Of a DNA stretch of 64,000 nt, positions 20,276 to 31,229 are shown in pieces. The notes below the pieces were generated by a model, which saw nothing but the letters and a program-made list of their open reading frames with translations, made no database searches and had not been told where the DNA came from. The position numbers and the translations under genes are program-made. Each line of letters starts with the position of its first letter. Within the stretch, counting starts at the first letter, position 1. The stretch lies in assembly GCA_963733195.1 (NCBI GenBank), contig CAVTCR010000018.1, forward strand, positions 29,806 through 93,805, written 5' to 3'. The stretch is from an uncultured delta proteobacterium (GTDB taxonomy: Bacteria > Desulfobacterota > Binatia > Bin18).

Positions 20276-20633
20276 GCAGATACGAGTTACCGTTATTGCC
20301 TTTACGCTCCTTGCCATCTCTGGTGTGTGTGATTCCTTGGGCTTTACTTACGCTGCTAGGATCTGGCATGACAATCTTATTCAATGGAGAGAACTTGCCC
20401 GGTCGGCGTGTGGCTTTGCCACAGGGATCACTATTTATTGGTTTACGATTCGCTATTTCTCAGAACTTGGCGTCGTCTCAGTTGAATTGCAGACGCTGAT
20501 CTGGTTCGGCACGACCCTTATTGGGGTTGCGGTGTTGAATGGCAGGTTTCTTCAGTGGCGCTCAATCGACCAAGCCGTTGCGATGCTCGTGCTTGTTGGT
20601 ATTGCTTGGTTACTCGTTCGAGTAGAGAACTAA
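20268..20633 (+). CDS. Small 4-TM membrane protein (SMR/DMT-like)
   Basis: 121 aa with four hydrophobic segments; overlaps the methyltransferase stop. Confidence 0.6.
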   Translation: MSEQIRVTVIAFTLLAISGVCDSLGFTYAARIWHDNLIQWRELARSACGFATGITIYWFTIRYFSELGVVSVELQTLIWFGTTLIGVAVLNGRFLQWRSIDQAVAMLVLVGIAWLLVRVEN

Positions 20634-20954
20634 ACGAACCGCCTTTGGTTTGCTTGCTCTCCTTCCACCAAGTCGCAGCTCATGACATTTGTCTACTGGA
20701 CAATGGGACTGCTTACTCTCGTCATTCTGGGCAGAGTGAAGGATCTCTCTGAAGAGACCCTTCGTTGCACTCAAGGTGACAGTCCTTTGATACTTCACTC
20801 CTCGCACTTTTCTCACTTTAGTCTTAGCTTCTCTTTGCTGCGTTCGCCCTTAAGCTTCTCCATCGCCAGCCGATAACATCGTTACAGGAATAAGAAAGAG
20901 CCCAACAGCTCCTGGGGAACCACATGAGGCTGTTCCTGTGGGGGTAACGTTCGT

Positions 20955-23027
20955 ATGCGATGGGGATCTCGCCCCTTGTGGCGTTTGCAACGAAGAGACA
21001 ACCAGACTTTTGCGCTCTACGTGCTTCGTGGAGCGGTGGTCGGAGTTTATTGTAGCGTCTTATTTCTTTCCCCTTTTCTTGCTCTCGCAGAAGAAGAAGG
21101 AGGGGCTTCAATATCGAGGGGGACTGAAGATATCTTCTTAGAAGAAATCCCCTCGGTCTATAGTGCCTCAAAGTATGCACAAAAAGTGACTGAAGCTCCC
21201 TCGTCGATCACCATCATCACCAGCGATGAAATTAAAAAGTATGGGTACCGGACTTTTGCCGATGTTTTGCAAAACGTAAACGGATTCTTTGTCACTTATG
21301 ACCGCAACTACAGCTACCTTGGCGTGCGCGGATTTAATCGCCCTGGCGATTATAATTCCCGCATTCTCCTACTCATCGATGGTCATCGACTCAACGACAA
21401 CCAATATGATCAAGCCGGATTGGGTACTGAGGCAGTCCTAGACGTTGACCTCATCGACCGTGTTGAGATTATTCGTGGTCCAAGTTCATCTCTCTATGGT
21501 ACCAATGCCTTTTTTGGCGTGATCAATGTCATCACCAAGCGCGGGCGTGACATTAAGGGGACCGAGCTTTCCACGGAGATTGGTAGCTTCAACTCCTATA
21601 AGGGTAGAGTGACCTACGGTAACCGCTTTCAAAACGGGCTCGAAGTACTCTTCTCAGCCTCCTTTTACGACAGCCATGGGCATCATCGTTTATTTTTTAA
21701 GGAATTTAATTCGCCAGCGACTAATAATGGAATAGCTAGAAACGGCGATGATGATCGGTTCCCTTATTTCTTCGCCAAGGTCTCCTTTGCCGATTTGACC
21801 TTACAGAGTGGGTTCTTATCCCGCAACAAAGGATACCCTACTGCCACCTATGGCACCGTATTTAATACAACCCGCAACCGTACTGTTGACGAGCATGGTT
21901 ACATCGATCTCAAGTACGAGCATGATTTTAGTCAATCGCTCAATCTTACGACCCGCCTGTACTACGACCGTTTCTATTACCGCGGCGATTACCTGTACAA
22001 CCCAGATCCCGCCGACAACAGGGTCCGAGTATTGAATCAGGACCATAACATCGGTGAGTGGTGGGGAGCCGAAACAAAACTTACAAAGCGACTGTGGCAA
22101 CGACATAAAGTCACAGTTGGTGCGGAGTACCAAGACAATTTTCGTCAAGACATGCGCAATAGTGATGACAACCCCTTTTCACTCAACCTCGATACTCACA
22201 AACACTCTCGCAACTGGGCGTTGTATTTCCAGGACGAGGTCACCCTACTGGACAATCTTCTCTTCAATGCCGGTATCCGGTACGACTATTATGATTCATT
22301 CGGTGGCACCCTGAATCCACGCCTCGCGTTAATTTACAACTTGAAACAGACGACGGTGAAACTCCTCTATGGGGAGGCTTTCCGGGCTCCAAGCGTCTAC
22401 GAGAAGTTCTATGTCGGTACAGGCTTCAAAGCGAACGCGAACCTCAAGCCAGAAAGCATTACCACATATGAAGTGGTCGTTGATCACTACTTGACGAAGT
22501 ATCTCCAAGCTAGCGCGGCAGGATATTACTACACTATCAAGGGACTGATTACTCAGACCCCCGATCCACAAGATGACTTGCTAGTGTTCCGTAACGACGA
22601 GTCAATTAAGGCAAAAGGACTTGAACTGGCACTTGACGGGAAATGGGCCTCAGGTTGGGAGGGACGCTTGGGCTATGCTATTCAGAAAACCGAAGATGGT
22701 ATGACCGGAAAACGCCTGACCAACTCCCCTCAACATATGGTGAAGTTTAACCTCATCGTGCCGCTCATTCACGATAAGCTATTCGCTGGGATAGAGTCGC
22801 GCTACATGAGTGCTCGACGCACGCTGTCTGGCAAAACTGCAAGTGATTATTTTCTCACGAACTTCACCTTGTTTAGTCAGAATCTGCTACGAGGGGTTGA
22901 GCTGTCAGGCAGTATCTATAACCTCTTCGACCAACGCTACGGTGATCCCGGTTCCGGTGAACATCGCCAGGAAATCATTGAGCAGGACGGGCGAACCTTC
23001 TGGATAAAACTCAAGTACGGCTTCTAA
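20955..23027 (+). CDS. TonB-dependent receptor
   Basis: Plug motifs SASKYAQKVTEAPSSITII, RILLLIDG and RVEIIRGPSSSLYGTNA; NLFDQRY; terminal aromatic residue (KYGF). Confidence 0.92.
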   Translation: MRWGSRPLWRLQRRDNQTFALYVLRGAVVGVYCSVLFLSPFLALAEEEGGASISRGTEDIFLEEIPSVYSASKYAQKVTEAPSSITIITSDEIKKYGYRTFADVLQNVNGFFVTYDRNYSYLGVRGFNRPGDYNSRILLLIDGHRLNDNQYDQAGLGTEAVLDVDLIDRVEIIRGPSSSLYGTNAFFGVINVITKRGRDIKGTELSTEIGSFNSYKGRVTYGNRFQNGLEVLFSASFYDSHGHHRLFFKEFNSPATNNGIARNGDDDRFPYFFAKVSFADLTLQSGFLSRNKGYPTATYGTVFNTTRNRTVDEHGYIDLKYEHDFSQSLNLTTRLYYDRFYYRGDYLYNPDPADNRVRVLNQDHNIGEWWGAETKLTKRLWQRHKVTVGAEYQDNFRQDMRNSDDNPFSLNLDTHKHSRNWALYFQDEVTLLDNLLFNAGIRYDYYDSFGGTLNPRLALIYNLKQTTVKLLYGEAFRAPSVYEKFYVGTGFKANANLKPESITTYEVVVDHYLTKYLQASAAGYYYTIKGLITQTPDPQDDLLVFRNDESIKAKGLELALDGKWASGWEGRLGYAIQKTEDGMTGKRLTNSPQHMVKFNLIVPLIHDKLFAGIESRYMSARRTLSGKTASDYFLTNFTLFSQNLLRGVELSGSIYNLFDQRYGDPGSGEHRQEIIEQDGRTFWIKLKYGF

Positions 23028-23033
23028 GCGAGC

Positions 23034-23999
23034 ATGTGGACCATGATCGGGTTCCCACGTCTTATCTCTTGCATCGCGACCCTGATCGCAGTGCTGCTGC
23101 TACTAGTGGGCGCGCGTCCTCTTGCCGTAGCTGCTGACGGCGGCCCGATCTTGATGGTGACCAGTCAGAAAACAGGACCATACAGAGACGTCATTACCGG
23201 CTTCCGTCAGTATTTCGCTAGCTTGAACGGCACTATCGGTCTCATTGAGGAGCACTCTCTCCAAGGAGACAAAGATAAAGCCCGCGAGATATTCAAAGAT
23301 GCCAAAGCACGGCACGCGCAGTTGATACTAACGGTAGGGTCTCTCGCGACGCAAGCGGCATTGCAAGAGGTCCCGGAGATCCCGACCGTTGCCAGTATGA
23401 TTCTCAGTGCGGCAGAACTCGGCCAAAGTCCCAACGCCACCGGTGTGGTACTCGACTTTCCGCTTGAAACACAGCTCCAGTGGCTGCAAAAGATTGCGCC
23501 TCAATCAAAGACCGTCGGTGTTCTCTTCAATCCCAAAGAGAACGGCAGCAAAATCGACTCGGCGACTAAAGTCGCTCGCTCTCTTGGCCTGACACTTCTC
23601 ACCGGAGAAGTAGAGACGCCACAGGCCCTCCCAGATGCACTTGAGAACCTTGCGAAGCACGCCGAAATCTTGTGGGGAGTCACCGACCAGACAGTGCTCT
23701 CACCGCAAACAGCGGAGCCCATTCTCCTGTTCTCTTTTCGTCACCGTATTCCTTTTACCGGTTTGTCCACTTCATGGGCCAAGGCAGGGGCTCTTTATGC
23801 CCTTGATCGCGATTACAAAGACGTTGGTATGCAGTGCGGGGAAATAGCTGCGAAGATGCTCCGTGGAACCCCGGCAAGCGCGATTCCTCCGCTCTCGCCT
23901 CGAAAGGTATTCTATGCATTGAACTTAAAAACCGCCGAGCACATGAAAATGACAATTCCTCAACCGCTAATCGATGGCGCACAGCAGGTGTTCCGCTAG
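23034..23999 (+). CDS. Periplasmic ABC-type substrate-binding / YfiR-like protein
   Basis: Signal peptide plus NATGV, VGVLFNP, GALYAL and LNLKTA motifs. Confidence 0.8.
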   Translation: MWTMIGFPRLISCIATLIAVLLLLVGARPLAVAADGGPILMVTSQKTGPYRDVITGFRQYFASLNGTIGLIEEHSLQGDKDKAREIFKDAKARHAQLILTVGSLATQAALQEVPEIPTVASMILSAAELGQSPNATGVVLDFPLETQLQWLQKIAPQSKTVGVLFNPKENGSKIDSATKVARSLGLTLLTGEVETPQALPDALENLAKHAEILWGVTDQTVLSPQTAEPILLFSFRHRIPFTGLSTSWAKAGALYALDRDYKDVGMQCGEIAAKMLRGTPASAIPPLSPRKVFYALNLKTAEHMKMTIPQPLIDGAQQVFR

Positions 24000-24005
24000 G
24001 AGGTC

Positions 24006-27000
24006 GTGCGAGCTATGAGTATCACTACTCGCATCGGTCTCATCACGAAGTTCAACCTCTTAGCGATTACACTGATTTTGTTAACCGCAATGGGGATCGC
24101 CTTCGTTCAGATCCATCGTGAAAAAACCGCGAGCTACGAAACCCTCCTCCACCGGGGACGGCTCACTGTTGCCATGATCGCACAGAATAGTGAGTATGCC
24201 ATCTATACAGAGAATCAAGCCTCGCTGCGGAGAATTGTCGACAGCGTCAGAGTTGATTCCGATATCGCGTATGTCGCGGTTCTCAATAAAGAAAAAAATA
24301 TCCTGCTTCTGGAGATCGCTGACTCGACTATCCAAATCCCACCATTTCCAGAGGAAACTCCAGGTCTCGACGCTACAACCTTGGCACGAGATATCATCAG
24401 CCCCGGGAATCGTAAGTCATATATCGACCTCTCCACTCCCGTCATCACAACGGCACAAACAGACCCGATAGAACTGTTTCCGGAATCGCTTCCAACTTCC
24501 GCCACTCCTCTTGTCATCGGATATGTCCAATTAGGATTGAGCCAAGACAGCCTTCGCAAGAACATTCAGGACTTTCTCATTTCTACCATCATCCTTACCC
24601 TCGTCATCGCCCTGATCGGTGTAATTGCAACCATTCTGCTTACGCAGCGTATCGCCTCGCCTATCCGAGCCTTAGTCCGCGCCACCCACGAAATTGCCGA
24701 GGGAAACTTAGATCAAGAAGTCGAGACAAAAAAGAATGACGAAATCAACGATCTCGCCACTGCCTTCAATACGATGCTGGCACGCTTACGCACGTCACGC
24801 GTAGAGGTCGAAAGTTATCAGCAGATGTTGGAGGCAAAAGTTGCGCACCGGACACAAGAATTGCAGGAGGCTACAGACAAAGCGTTTGCTTTAGCGCGAC
24901 AGGCAGAGGAAGCAAGTCAGGCCAAATCCCAGTTTCTCGCCAACATGAGCCATGAAATCCGCACCCCGATGAATGGCGTGTTAGGCATGACCGAATTACT
25001 GCTCGACAGCGGATTGAATGATAACCAGCACCGTTTTGCAGAGACCGTCCATCGATCTGGCGAAGCATTACTAGAGATCATTAATGATATTCTTGATTTC
25101 TCTAAAATTGAAGCAGGGAAACTAACACTGGAGTCTTTCACATTCGATCTCCGCCAGATTGTTGAAGAAGTGATGGAGCTACTCGCGGAACGTGCCCATC
25201 GAAAAGGTTTGGAACTTGCCTACCTGATTCACAACGAGGTGCCAACCGCCCTCATCGGCGATCCCGGTCGTGTTCGTCAAATCCTGATAAATCTGATCGG
25301 GAATGCTATTAAGTTTACCGAGCACGGAGAGGTCATCGTCGCAGTGCGGAAAATAGCTGTCACCTCTCAACCTGCGGATTTTTGCGGCTTACGATTCTCT
25401 GTCCGTGATACTGGTATCGGCCTTTCTCCAGAAGCACAGGCTCGACTCTTTCAGGCATTCTCCCAGGCCGATAGCTCAACGACACGTAAGTATGGCGGCA
25501 CAGGTTTGGGATTGGCGATTGCCAAACAACTTGTGCACCTGATGAACGGAGAGATTGGTGTAGATAGTGCTCCTGGACAAGGGTCAACTTTCTGGTTTAC
25601 AGCGATCTTCGCCATACAGCCGGAGTCTATTACTATCCCACGTCCCGCCGTCAACTTTTCTGGTTTGCATGTCCTCATAGTTGATGATAACGCTACCTGC
25701 CGCAACATCCTTCAGCATCAGCTCCGGACTTGGAATGCTTCCTGCGAGAGCACCGAAAGTGGCCCGCAAGCCCTCGACATTCTTCGCTCTGCTATTACCC
25801 AAGGAACGGCATATGACCTCGTCATCCTTGACCTGCATATGCCTCTTATCACCGGTGAAGAGTTGGCACTGGCAATCAAAGAAGACCCGAAGCTTTCTGC
25901 ATTGCCACTGCTCCTCCTTATCTCAGTCGGTCAGCGCAGTGATATCGAGGCTGGGCGCAGAGCTGGTGTGTCGGCATATCTGTCTAAACCACTTCGTCAA
26001 GCAGACCTTATTACCGCCCTCCAGACGGTAAAGAATGGAGAGGACAGTCGTCCATCAGTATCTGCAGAGGTAACGACTCAAGCCTCGCAGATGCCTCCCA
26101 GCAGATCTACGGTAAGGCCACGGTTCAATGCGCGGGTGCTTCTAACGGAAGATAATCTCGTCAACCAAGGAGTTGCACACACGATGCTCGAGGCATTAGG
26201 GTGTCAGGTTGATATCGCTAACCATGGCCGGGAAGCTGTAGAAGCAGTGGAGCGTACGACGTACGATCTAGTCTTTATGGACTGTCATATGCCGGAGATG
26301 GACGGTTTTGAAGCGACTCGGCTGATCCGAGAACGCGAAGCTGCGGCAGCAAAACTACAAACTGGGAAAGATGAGCGCGGCACGATGAATAGGGAACATC
26401 ACAGCTCTAATTCAGCATTCAGTATTCAGTATTCAGCATTTTCCCGTGTTCCTATCGTTGCCCTTACGGCTAATGCCATGGAGAAAGATCGTCAACACTG
26501 CCTTGATGCCGGAATGGACGATTACCTGAGCAAGCCGTTTTCACAAGAACAGTTAGCTACCGTCCTAGCTCGTCATCTCCCAACACATTCGCCCACCGCA
26601 GAGTCACAAGTGGAAACGACCCAGGACGCCCCTCCCCCAGTGCAAGCCGAGCCATCGGCAAACGTTCAGGTTCTTGCTCATAATCACACAGAAAGTGAGC
26701 AATCTTCGCCAATCGATGCAGCCGCCTTGAATCAGATTCGTGCGCTCCAACGTCCGAATGCACCCAGTGTCATACATAAAATTATCAACAGCTACCTTAA
26801 AGATGTCCCACAACTTCTCGAAGTGGCCCGGCAGGCAATCGCACAGAATGATTCCTCAACCTTGTACCGCACGGCGCACAACCTCAAATCTACCAGTGCC
26901 ACATTAGGCGCACGGAACTTGGCTGCACTGTGTAAGGAACTAGAAGCCATAGGGCGGGCGCAGACCACAGCCAAAGCTGATATGTTGTTGATGGCAATCG

Positions 27001-27047
27001 AGCAGGAATACGCGCAGGTTCAAAATGCGCTCACAACAGAGTTATAA
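24006..27047 (+). CDS. Hybrid sensor histidine kinase (periplasmic sensor, HAMP, HisKA, HATPase, two REC, Hpt)
   Basis: Two TM segments, HAMP ([11 protein letters not shown]), [16 protein letters not shown], two receiver domains and Hpt AHNLKSTS. Confidence 0.93.
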   Translation: MRAMSITTRIGLITKFNLLAITLILLTAMGIAFVQIHREKTASYETLLHRGRLTVAMIAQNSEYAIYTENQASLRRIVDSVRVDSDIAYVAVLNKEKNILLLEIADSTIQIPPFPEETPGLDATTLARDIISPGNRKSYIDLSTPVITTAQTDPIELFPESLPTSATPLVIGYVQLGLSQDSLRKNIQDFLISTIILTLVIALIGVIATILLTQRIASPIRALVRATHEIAEGNLDQEVETKKNDEINDLATAFNTMLARLRTSRVEVESYQQMLEAKVAHRTQELQEATDKAFALARQAEEASQAKSQFLANMSHEIRTPMNGVLGMTELLLDSGLNDNQHRFAETVHRSGEALLEIINDILDFSKIEAGKLTLESFTFDLRQIVEEVMELLAERAHRKGLELAYLIHNEVPTALIGDPGRVRQILINLIGNAIKFTEHGEVIVAVRKIAVTSQPADFCGLRFSVRDTGIGLSPEAQARLFQAFSQADSSTTRKYGGTGLGLAIAKQLVHLMNGEIGVDSAPGQGSTFWFTAIFAIQPESITIPRPAVNFSGLHVLIVDDNATCRNILQHQLRTWNASCESTESGPQALDILRSAITQGTAYDLVILDLHMPLITGEELALAIKEDPKLSALPLLLLISVGQRSDIEAGRRAGVSAYLSKPLRQADLITALQTVKNGEDSRPSVSAEVTTQASQMPPSRSTVRPRFNARVLLTEDNLVNQGVAHTMLEALGCQVDIANHGREAVEAVERTTYDLVFMDCHMPEMDGFEATRLIREREAAAAKLQTGKDERGTMNREHHSSNSAFSIQYSAFSRVPIVALTANAMEKDRQHCLDAGMDDYLSKPFSQEQLATVLARHLPTHSPTAESQVETTQDAPPPVQAEPSANVQVLAHNHTESEQSSPIDAAALNQIRALQRPNAPSVIHKIINSYLKDVPQLLEVARQAIAQNDSSTLYRTAHNLKSTSATLGARNLAALCKELEAIGRAQTTAKADMLLMAIEQEYAQVQNALTTEL
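26410..26437 (+). repeat. In-frame heptamer array ATTCAGY x4 inside a receiver domain
   Basis: ATTCAGC-ATTCAGT-ATTCAGT-ATTCAGC encodes [10 protein letters not shown] within an insertion before VPIVALTA. Confidence 0.8.
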
Positions 27048-27083
27048 ACGGAGCGCAGACCATTGGATCTCAACCGTAAAAAA

Positions 27084-27127
27084 TTTTAAGTTTCAAGTTT
27101 CAGGTTCGTTAACGTTGAACCTTGAAC
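27084..27127. repeat. Inverted heptamer arrays (hairpin) downstream of the kinase
   Basis: TTTTAAG-TTTCAAG-TTTCAGG ... GTTGAAC-CTTGAAC. Confidence 0.6.
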
Positions 27128-27222
27128 GAACTTTCCCCCCTAGACCACGTGTCCCTCCCACGCTATGTTTTTTGTCTCCATTGGCGGCACCCTGAGTCAA
27201 TTTCTTAGATGCCGGCGCACTT

Positions 27223-27306
27223 GCGAGGATGGCGGAACTGGCAGACGCGCTAGTTTGAGGGGCTAGTGGAGTAAAATCCGTGGGGGTTCAAGTCCCCCTC
27301 CTCGCA
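27223..27306 (+). tRNA. tRNA-Leu(GAG)
   Basis: Acceptor stem GCGAGGA/TCCTCGC, D-arm GGCGGAACTGGCAGACGC, anticodon arm CTAGT-TTGAGGG-GCTAG, long variable arm and GGGGGTTCAAGTCCCCC. Confidence 0.95.
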
Positions 27307-27366
27307 CTTTTCGAGATCAACAGTCATCACCGTTCAACTCCGTTGTTCCCACTCGTTACGGCCACT

Positions 27367-27394
27367 GTAGAGACGCGACATGTCGCGTCTCTAT
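27367..27394. repeat. GTAG-type REP-like palindrome
   Basis: GTAGAGACGCGACATGTCGCGTCTCTA. Confidence 0.7.
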
Positions 27395-27503
27395 CAGTCA
27401 TGAGAGAAGCGGACGCTGCATATGCCACGGCGTTTGTTGTTCGTAGGTACAGGCAACTCGCAACTCCAATAAAAACAATGAGAATTGACTCGTCAGAAGC
27501 GTT

Positions 27504-30134
27504 GTGAAACACAGGAAGGCTATGAATTATGAACCGAACGGTATTACGTTGTCCCCCTCTGCCACAGATCGCGTGCTTTTCACCCTTGAGAATGGGCTTC
27601 GGGTCGTCATCCAGGAGGATCACTTCGCCCCTGTCGTGGCGATTCAGATGTGGGTCAAGGCAGGAAGCGCCGATGAAACCCCAGATGTCGCCGGAGCTGC
27701 CCATGTCCACGAACATATGATTTTCAAAGGCACGGCACGTCGTCCTGTGGGTGCTATTGCGGCAGAAGTGGAATCTTCTGGTGGAAACATTAACGCGTTT
27801 ACGACTTCCGATCACACGGTTTATCATCTTGTGCTGGCGTCACGTTTTTTTGCCACAGGACTCGATATCATCGCCGACGCCCTACAGAACACTACGTTCG
27901 ATCCCCACGAACTGAGCAAAGAGCTGAATGTGGTAATGGAGGAATGGAAACGTAGCGAGGACTCGCCGACCTCACGGGCAGCAACCGAACTTTTTCGCTT
28001 AGCGTACGCGACGCATCCTTACGGACGTCCGGTGATCGGCTTTCGTGAAACGATCGAAGCCTTGAATCGCGAGCGCGTAGTCAATTTTTATCACCGTTGG
28101 TATCATCCCAATAACATGACGTTAGTCATTGTCGGGGATGTTGATATTGAAGCTACACGTCAGGAAGTACTCCGCCAGTTCGCAACAAGTAAAATCTCCC
28201 CTCTCCCCACACGTCCTCGTACTCCAGAACCGCCACAAAAAGGGCTTCGCCTTTCTGTCCTCGATATGAATGTCGAGGAGTTCTACTTGTACCTCAGTTT
28301 TCCGATTCCACCCGCTGATCACAAAGATGTCTATGCGCTTGACCTGTTGAGCTACATCCTCGGTGGCGGAGAAAGTTCACGGCTTGTGCAAGATCTTCAG
28401 GCTGATAAAGAACTGGTGAACTGGATTGCCGCGCATGCCTACACGCCACAAGATTCTGGCCTTTTTATCGTCACCGCTGCATTGGAGCATGACAAAATCT
28501 CCACCGCGTTAGAGGAGATTTTTGCTGCCGTCTTTCGGGCTAAATATGAACTCGTCTCCGCTGCCGAACTCGCACGTGCACGCACCAACTTAGAGAGCGA
28601 TTTCGTCTACCGCCGGGAAACCGTACAAGGACAGGCACGTCAGCTTGGCTATTTTCTCACGCTCTTCGACGATCCAGACTTTGATCGTCGCTACCTCGAC
28701 GGACTCGCCAGTGTCACCAGACGAGATCTGCAAGACGTCGCACAGCGTTACTTGAATCCAGAGACCCTTTCAGTCGTGTTCCTTGGATCAACTGCTGAGA
28801 CGACGCTCCCCTCCGCGCAGCAGATCCAATCCCTCTGTCAGCGGCTCGACCAGCCAGAACAGAAGCCGATTGCATCACCCTCGGTCCCATCAAAACGCCG
28901 AGACGCTGAGGTATCAGTCACGACGCTTAGTAATGGTGTTCGGTTACTGGTGAAAGAGCATCATGAAGTTCCGGTGATGTCGATTCAGGCAGTCGTTCTA
29001 GGTGGTTTGTTGTTTGAGAGTGAGCAGAACACCGGCATTAATAATTTTCTTGCTGGCTTGCTCACGCGTGGGAGTGAACGTTTCTCTCGTCTCGCATTGG
29101 CAGAGGCGGTCGAGTCGGTAGCCGGTAGTTTGCGCGGTTTCTCTGGTCGTAATAGCCTCGGTTTATCAGGCTCGTTTCTGACAACGTCGCGTGTCGATCA
29201 CGCGCTCGACTTGTTTCTTGAAACGCTTTTGCATCCAACCTTCCCTGAAGACGAGGTCGAAAAACGGCGACGCGAAACCTTGCTCGCATTCAAAAATCGC
29301 GAAGATGAGCTTTCACAAATTGCCTTTGACTTATTCTATTCGACCATCTTTACTGCTCATCCCTACCGCTTTCCCATCCTCGGTCATGAGGAGAGTGTCC
29401 GCACTCTCTCACGCAGCGAACTCGCTAGCTATTACACGACAGCCCTGAATCCAAAAAATCTGGTAATTAGTGTCGTTGGTGATGTTGACACATCACAGAT
29501 CGTCACTCAGCTTCGCGGTGCGTTAGAACTGATCCCACGTCCCTCTCACATCTTAGAGCTACCACCGCACGAACCGCGACCAACCTCCGGACGGCGGCAG
29601 CATAAAGAAGTCGATAAGCAGCAGGCGCATATCGTGCTTGGGTATCACGGCGTCTCGCTCTCACATGCAGACCGTTACGCGCTCAAAATTCTTGACGCTG
29701 TGCTTTCGCGCCAAGGGGGGCGACTCTTCTACGAAGTGCGAGAGCAGCGTGCACTGGCCTACTCGGTCTCCGCCTTTAGTATGGAAGGAGTCGCACCGGG
29801 AGTGTTTGGCATCTATTTAGGTACTGATCCTACCAAGGTTGATGAAGCCATCACTGCGGCACACAACGAACTCGACCGTGTACGAGAGGATCTCGTAGAG
29901 GGGCATGAAATCGAACAGGCGAAAAAATATCTCACGGGAAGTTATGAAATTTCCCTGCAATCAAATGGGGCTCAATCCGAAGAAATGGCGTTTAATGAAC
30001 TCTATGGGCTAGGCTACGATAATGGCCAACGGTATCTCGTTGCCTTGAACAAGGTCACAGGGGAAGATTTGCGGCGTGTTGCGCGCACCTATCTTGATCC
30101 GAATACAGAAACGTTAGTCGTCGTAGGAAAATGA
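27504..30134 (+). CDS. M16 (pitrilysin/PqqL-like) zinc peptidase, two-lobed
   Basis: Motifs LENGLRV, inverted zinc motif AHVHEHMIFKGT, NAFTTSDHT and HPYGRPVIG; a second lobe LSNGVRLL lacks HxxEH. Confidence 0.93.
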   Translation: MKHRKAMNYEPNGITLSPSATDRVLFTLENGLRVVIQEDHFAPVVAIQMWVKAGSADETPDVAGAAHVHEHMIFKGTARRPVGAIAAEVESSGGNINAFTTSDHTVYHLVLASRFFATGLDIIADALQNTTFDPHELSKELNVVMEEWKRSEDSPTSRAATELFRLAYATHPYGRPVIGFRETIEALNRERVVNFYHRWYHPNNMTLVIVGDVDIEATRQEVLRQFATSKISPLPTRPRTPEPPQKGLRLSVLDMNVEEFYLYLSFPIPPADHKDVYALDLLSYILGGGESSRLVQDLQADKELVNWIAAHAYTPQDSGLFIVTAALEHDKISTALEEIFAAVFRAKYELVSAAELARARTNLESDFVYRRETVQGQARQLGYFLTLFDDPDFDRRYLDGLASVTRRDLQDVAQRYLNPETLSVVFLGSTAETTLPSAQQIQSLCQRLDQPEQKPIASPSVPSKRRDAEVSVTTLSNGVRLLVKEHHEVPVMSIQAVVLGGLLFESEQNTGINNFLAGLLTRGSERFSRLALAEAVESVAGSLRGFSGRNSLGLSGSFLTTSRVDHALDLFLETLLHPTFPEDEVEKRRRETLLAFKNREDELSQIAFDLFYSTIFTAHPYRFPILGHEESVRTLSRSELASYYTTALNPKNLVISVVGDVDTSQIVTQLRGALELIPRPSHILELPPHEPRPTSGRRQHKEVDKQQAHIVLGYHGVSLSHADRYALKILDAVLSRQGGRLFYEVREQRALAYSVSAFSMEGVAPGVFGIYLGTDPTKVDEAITAAHNELDRVREDLVEGHEIEQAKKYLTGSYEISLQSNGAQSEEMAFNELYGLGYDNGQRYLVALNKVTGEDLRRVARTYLDPNTETLVVVGK

Positions 30135-30143
30135 AACAGCCAT

Positions 30144-30245
30144 CCCGAGTCCTGAGTGTAGAGTCCGAAGTCCGGAGCCTGAAGTCCGAAGTGCAAGATC
30201 AGTTTTCTTCTTCGACTCTGGAACTTGGACTCTTGACCCTAGACC
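30144..30245. repeat. Heptamer tandem arrays in inverted orientation (long hairpin)
   Basis: Seven NNNRAGY units at 30144-30192 (CCCGAGT, CCTGAGT, GTAGAGT, CCGAAGT...) and four inverted units at 30214-30241 (GACTCTG, GAACTTG, GACTCTT, GACCCTA). Confidence 0.8.
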
Positions 30246-30249
30246 TGCA

Positions 30250-31152
30250 GTTTCCTCGCCCCAATCCTGGCATTGCCTGTCTGTCTCTGTCCCACACGAT
30301 ACCGCAGAAGCAGTCGCCAATTTTCTTGTTGAGCTCGGCTCTGAAGGGGTTATCGAAGGGGAACGAGACTTAACGCAGCCAGCATCCCTCCTCACCAAGG
30401 TCCAAGGGTTTTTTCCGCTCTCGTGGTCTCAGGAGGAGTTGCGCTCTACATTGGTTGTGTATCTTCAGCAACTTGCAGCCGAGTTTCCCTACCTCGGCCA
30501 ACCGGAACCGCACATCTCAGAAATCACCAGTGACGCTTGGTCTGACCAATGGCGCGGCCATTTTCCACCCCTACCCGTCGGCCAAGGTTTTCTCGTGCTG
30601 CCACCATGGGAGTCACCCGCTGGATGGCCGGAACGAATTGCGCTCGTTATTAATCCGAGCATGGCGTTTGGCACCGGGCATCACGCCACAACGCAAGGAT
30701 GTTTAGAAGCGATTGAAGATGTATGTCGCGAGTATGGGCCACCGCGGAACGCCTTGGATCTCGGTACCGGCTCCGGAATTTTGGCCATCGCCTTGGCAAA
30801 ATTGGGAGCCCAAGAAATATGGGCAACAGACAACGACCCGATTGCCCTCAATGAGGCGCAGAAAAATGCGACAATAAATCAGACCGCTCAGTCCATTCGG
30901 CTCAGTGACGCCTCGGTCGAATCCCTACCTCTTCCCTTTTCTTTTGTTGTGGGAAATTTGTTTTCTTCTACTCTTGTTGCTTTAGCTCCAGCTCTCCTAA
31001 CCGCTGTCGCGCCTCAAGGGCATGCGATCCTTTCGGGTATTCAGCTTGACCAAGAAGCCGATGTTCTGGCAGCGTATGCTGCCCCGTTGTGGCAATTAGT
31101 TACGCGTTACCCTAAAGACGAATGGGTCACCTTAGTCATCCAGCGAACGTAA
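30250..31152 (+). CDS. prmA: Ribosomal protein L11 methyltransferase (start uncertain; possibly ATG 30131 with a frameshift)
   Basis: In-frame upstream WHCLSVSVPHDTAEAVANFLVELG; INPSMAFGTGHHATT; LDLGTGSGILAI; ILSGI. Confidence 0.9.
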   Translation, partial: VSSPQSWHCLSVSVPHDTAEAVANFLVELGSEGVIEGERDLTQPASLLTKVQGFFPLSWSQEELRSTLVVYLQQLAAEFPYLGQPEPHISEITSDAWSDQWRGHFPPLPVGQGFLVLPPWESPAGWPERIALVINPSMAFGTGHHATTQGCLEAIEDVCREYGPPRNALDLGTGSGILAIALAKLGAQEIWATDNDPIALNEAQKNATINQTAQSIRLSDASVESLPLPFSFVVGNLFSSTLVALAPALLTAVAPQGHAILSGIQLDQEADVLAAYAAPLWQLVTRYPKDEWVTLVIQRT

Positions 31153-31168
31153 GTGGTTTTTCCCTTTT

Positions 31169-31220
31169 CACGCAACACGTATCACGCATCATTCTTCACT
31201 CTTCATTCTTAATTCTTCAT
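31169..31220. repeat. Heptamer arrays (CACGYAW x3 then CATTCTT-like x4)
   Basis: CACGCAA-CACGTAT-CACGCAT-CATTCTT-CACTCTT-CATTCTT-AATTCTT lies between prmA and rsmE. Confidence 0.75.
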
Positions 31221-31229
31221 TATTGCCCC

